In this document: one piece after another, positions 63,734 to 64,000 of the stretch
How positions within the stretch are numbered: the first letter of the stretch is position 1
Layout of the letters: each line of letters starts with the position of its first letter
Assembly (NCBI GenBank): GCA_018816345.1
Contig: JAHIWG010000097.1
Coordinates: 463 to 64,462, forward strand
Direction of reading: 5' to 3'
DNA: 64,000 bases
DNA from: Spirochaetota bacterium
Lineage (GTDB): Bacteria; Spirochaetota; Spirochaetia; Treponematales; UBA12059
Position numbers and translations under genes: made by a program
Notes under the pieces: generated by a model
What the model saw: the letters and a program-made list of their open reading frames with translations, nothing else
Database searches by the model: none
Told to the model about the DNA's origin: nothing

Positions 63734-64000
63734 TCATCGCTCCAGGCAGGCAAGGAACTCCTCGCCTATCTTGCGGTTGCCGGCGGTATGCCCGAGGCGG
63801 CGGTCGGGCCGGACCGCCCCGTGGTAGTCGCTCCCGGCGCTGACCCGGAAGCCGAACTCGCGCGCCATGGCGTCGAGCCTCGCGCAATCGACCAGCCGGG
63901 CCGTCGGGTGCCAGGCCTCTATGCCGTCGACGCCCAGCTCCTTCCATTCCTCGAACAGGGCCCTCAGCCGCTTCCAGCTGGCGAACAGCGACATAGGATG
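63734..64000 (-). CDS. PHP-domain phosphoesterase, C-terminal part (gene runs off the window end)
   Basis: GVDGIEAWHP and AGSDYHG motifs. The frame stays open past the listed Met to base 64000. Confidence 0.7.
   Translation of the reverse strand, partial: HPMSLFASWKRLRALFEEWKELGVDGIEAWHPTARLVDCARLDAMAREFGFRVSAGSDYHGAVRPDRRLGHTAGNRKIGEEFLACLER

Overview
GC-rich bacterial chromosomal segment (roughly mid-60s % GC by eye, not computed). It is densely coding, with about 60 protein genes and one tRNA, and many junctions use 4-nt NTGA stop/start overlaps. The gene content suggests a motile, Spirochaetota-like organism, which is inference only. Supporting that: a short AlaRS without a C-Ala domain, a PlzA-like PilZ receptor, a BMP/PnrA-type nucleoside ABC importer, RNase Y plus YmdB, an RRM-type RNA-binding protein, CheD, and FlgM behind a sigma-28-like promoter.

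Gene order:
- Partial M20 amidohydrolase.
- Nucleoside ABC importer with purine salvage genes (deaminase, DeoD).
- GAF-GGDEF cyclase and a second M20 hydrolase.
- Aminotransferase / class II aldolase / FGGY kinase cassette, followed by TetR and MFS.
- Accessory-looking patch: a PIF1-type helicase bracketed by two paralogous small ORFs, then a repeat-rich noncoding stretch and tRNA-Leu(GAG).
- EIIA(Ntr)-type protein plus a P-II-like protein, a methyltransferase and an MCP.
- ymdB-rny, an RRM protein and an RluA-family synthase.
- Unknown protein, MscS channel and a stand-alone cNMP-binding protein.
- Long minus-strand housekeeping run: HAD, DUF4349, truA, DUF2225, acpS, cdaR, cdaA, folP, dxs.
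- alaS, GAF/HD-GYP, gamma-CA, PilZ and a DEAD-box helicase.
- GHMP kinase, GPH transporter, patatin and cysE.
- cheD with an atypical soluble MCP-like protein.
- An unusual ABC importer locus: divergent ATPase, extended SBP, three-repeat CXXCH lipoprotein and a fused permease.
- SpoU methylase, a degenerate Fe-ADH-fold protein, flgM, rsmI, a 4xCxxC membrane protein, a lower-GC lipoprotein and a partial PHP gene.

I found no rRNA, CRISPR array, transposase, integrase, prophage or recognisable named defence system.

Best candidates for something undescribed:
- The small-ORF / PIF1 helicase / small-ORF trio beside tRNA-end scars.
- The ABC locus with the CXXCH triple-repeat lipoprotein and a permease that has no canonical start.
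- The aminotransferase-aldolase-kinase cassette.
- The metal-ligand-less ADH-fold protein that sits behind the flgM terminator.

All family calls come from reading motifs by eye. No database search was run.
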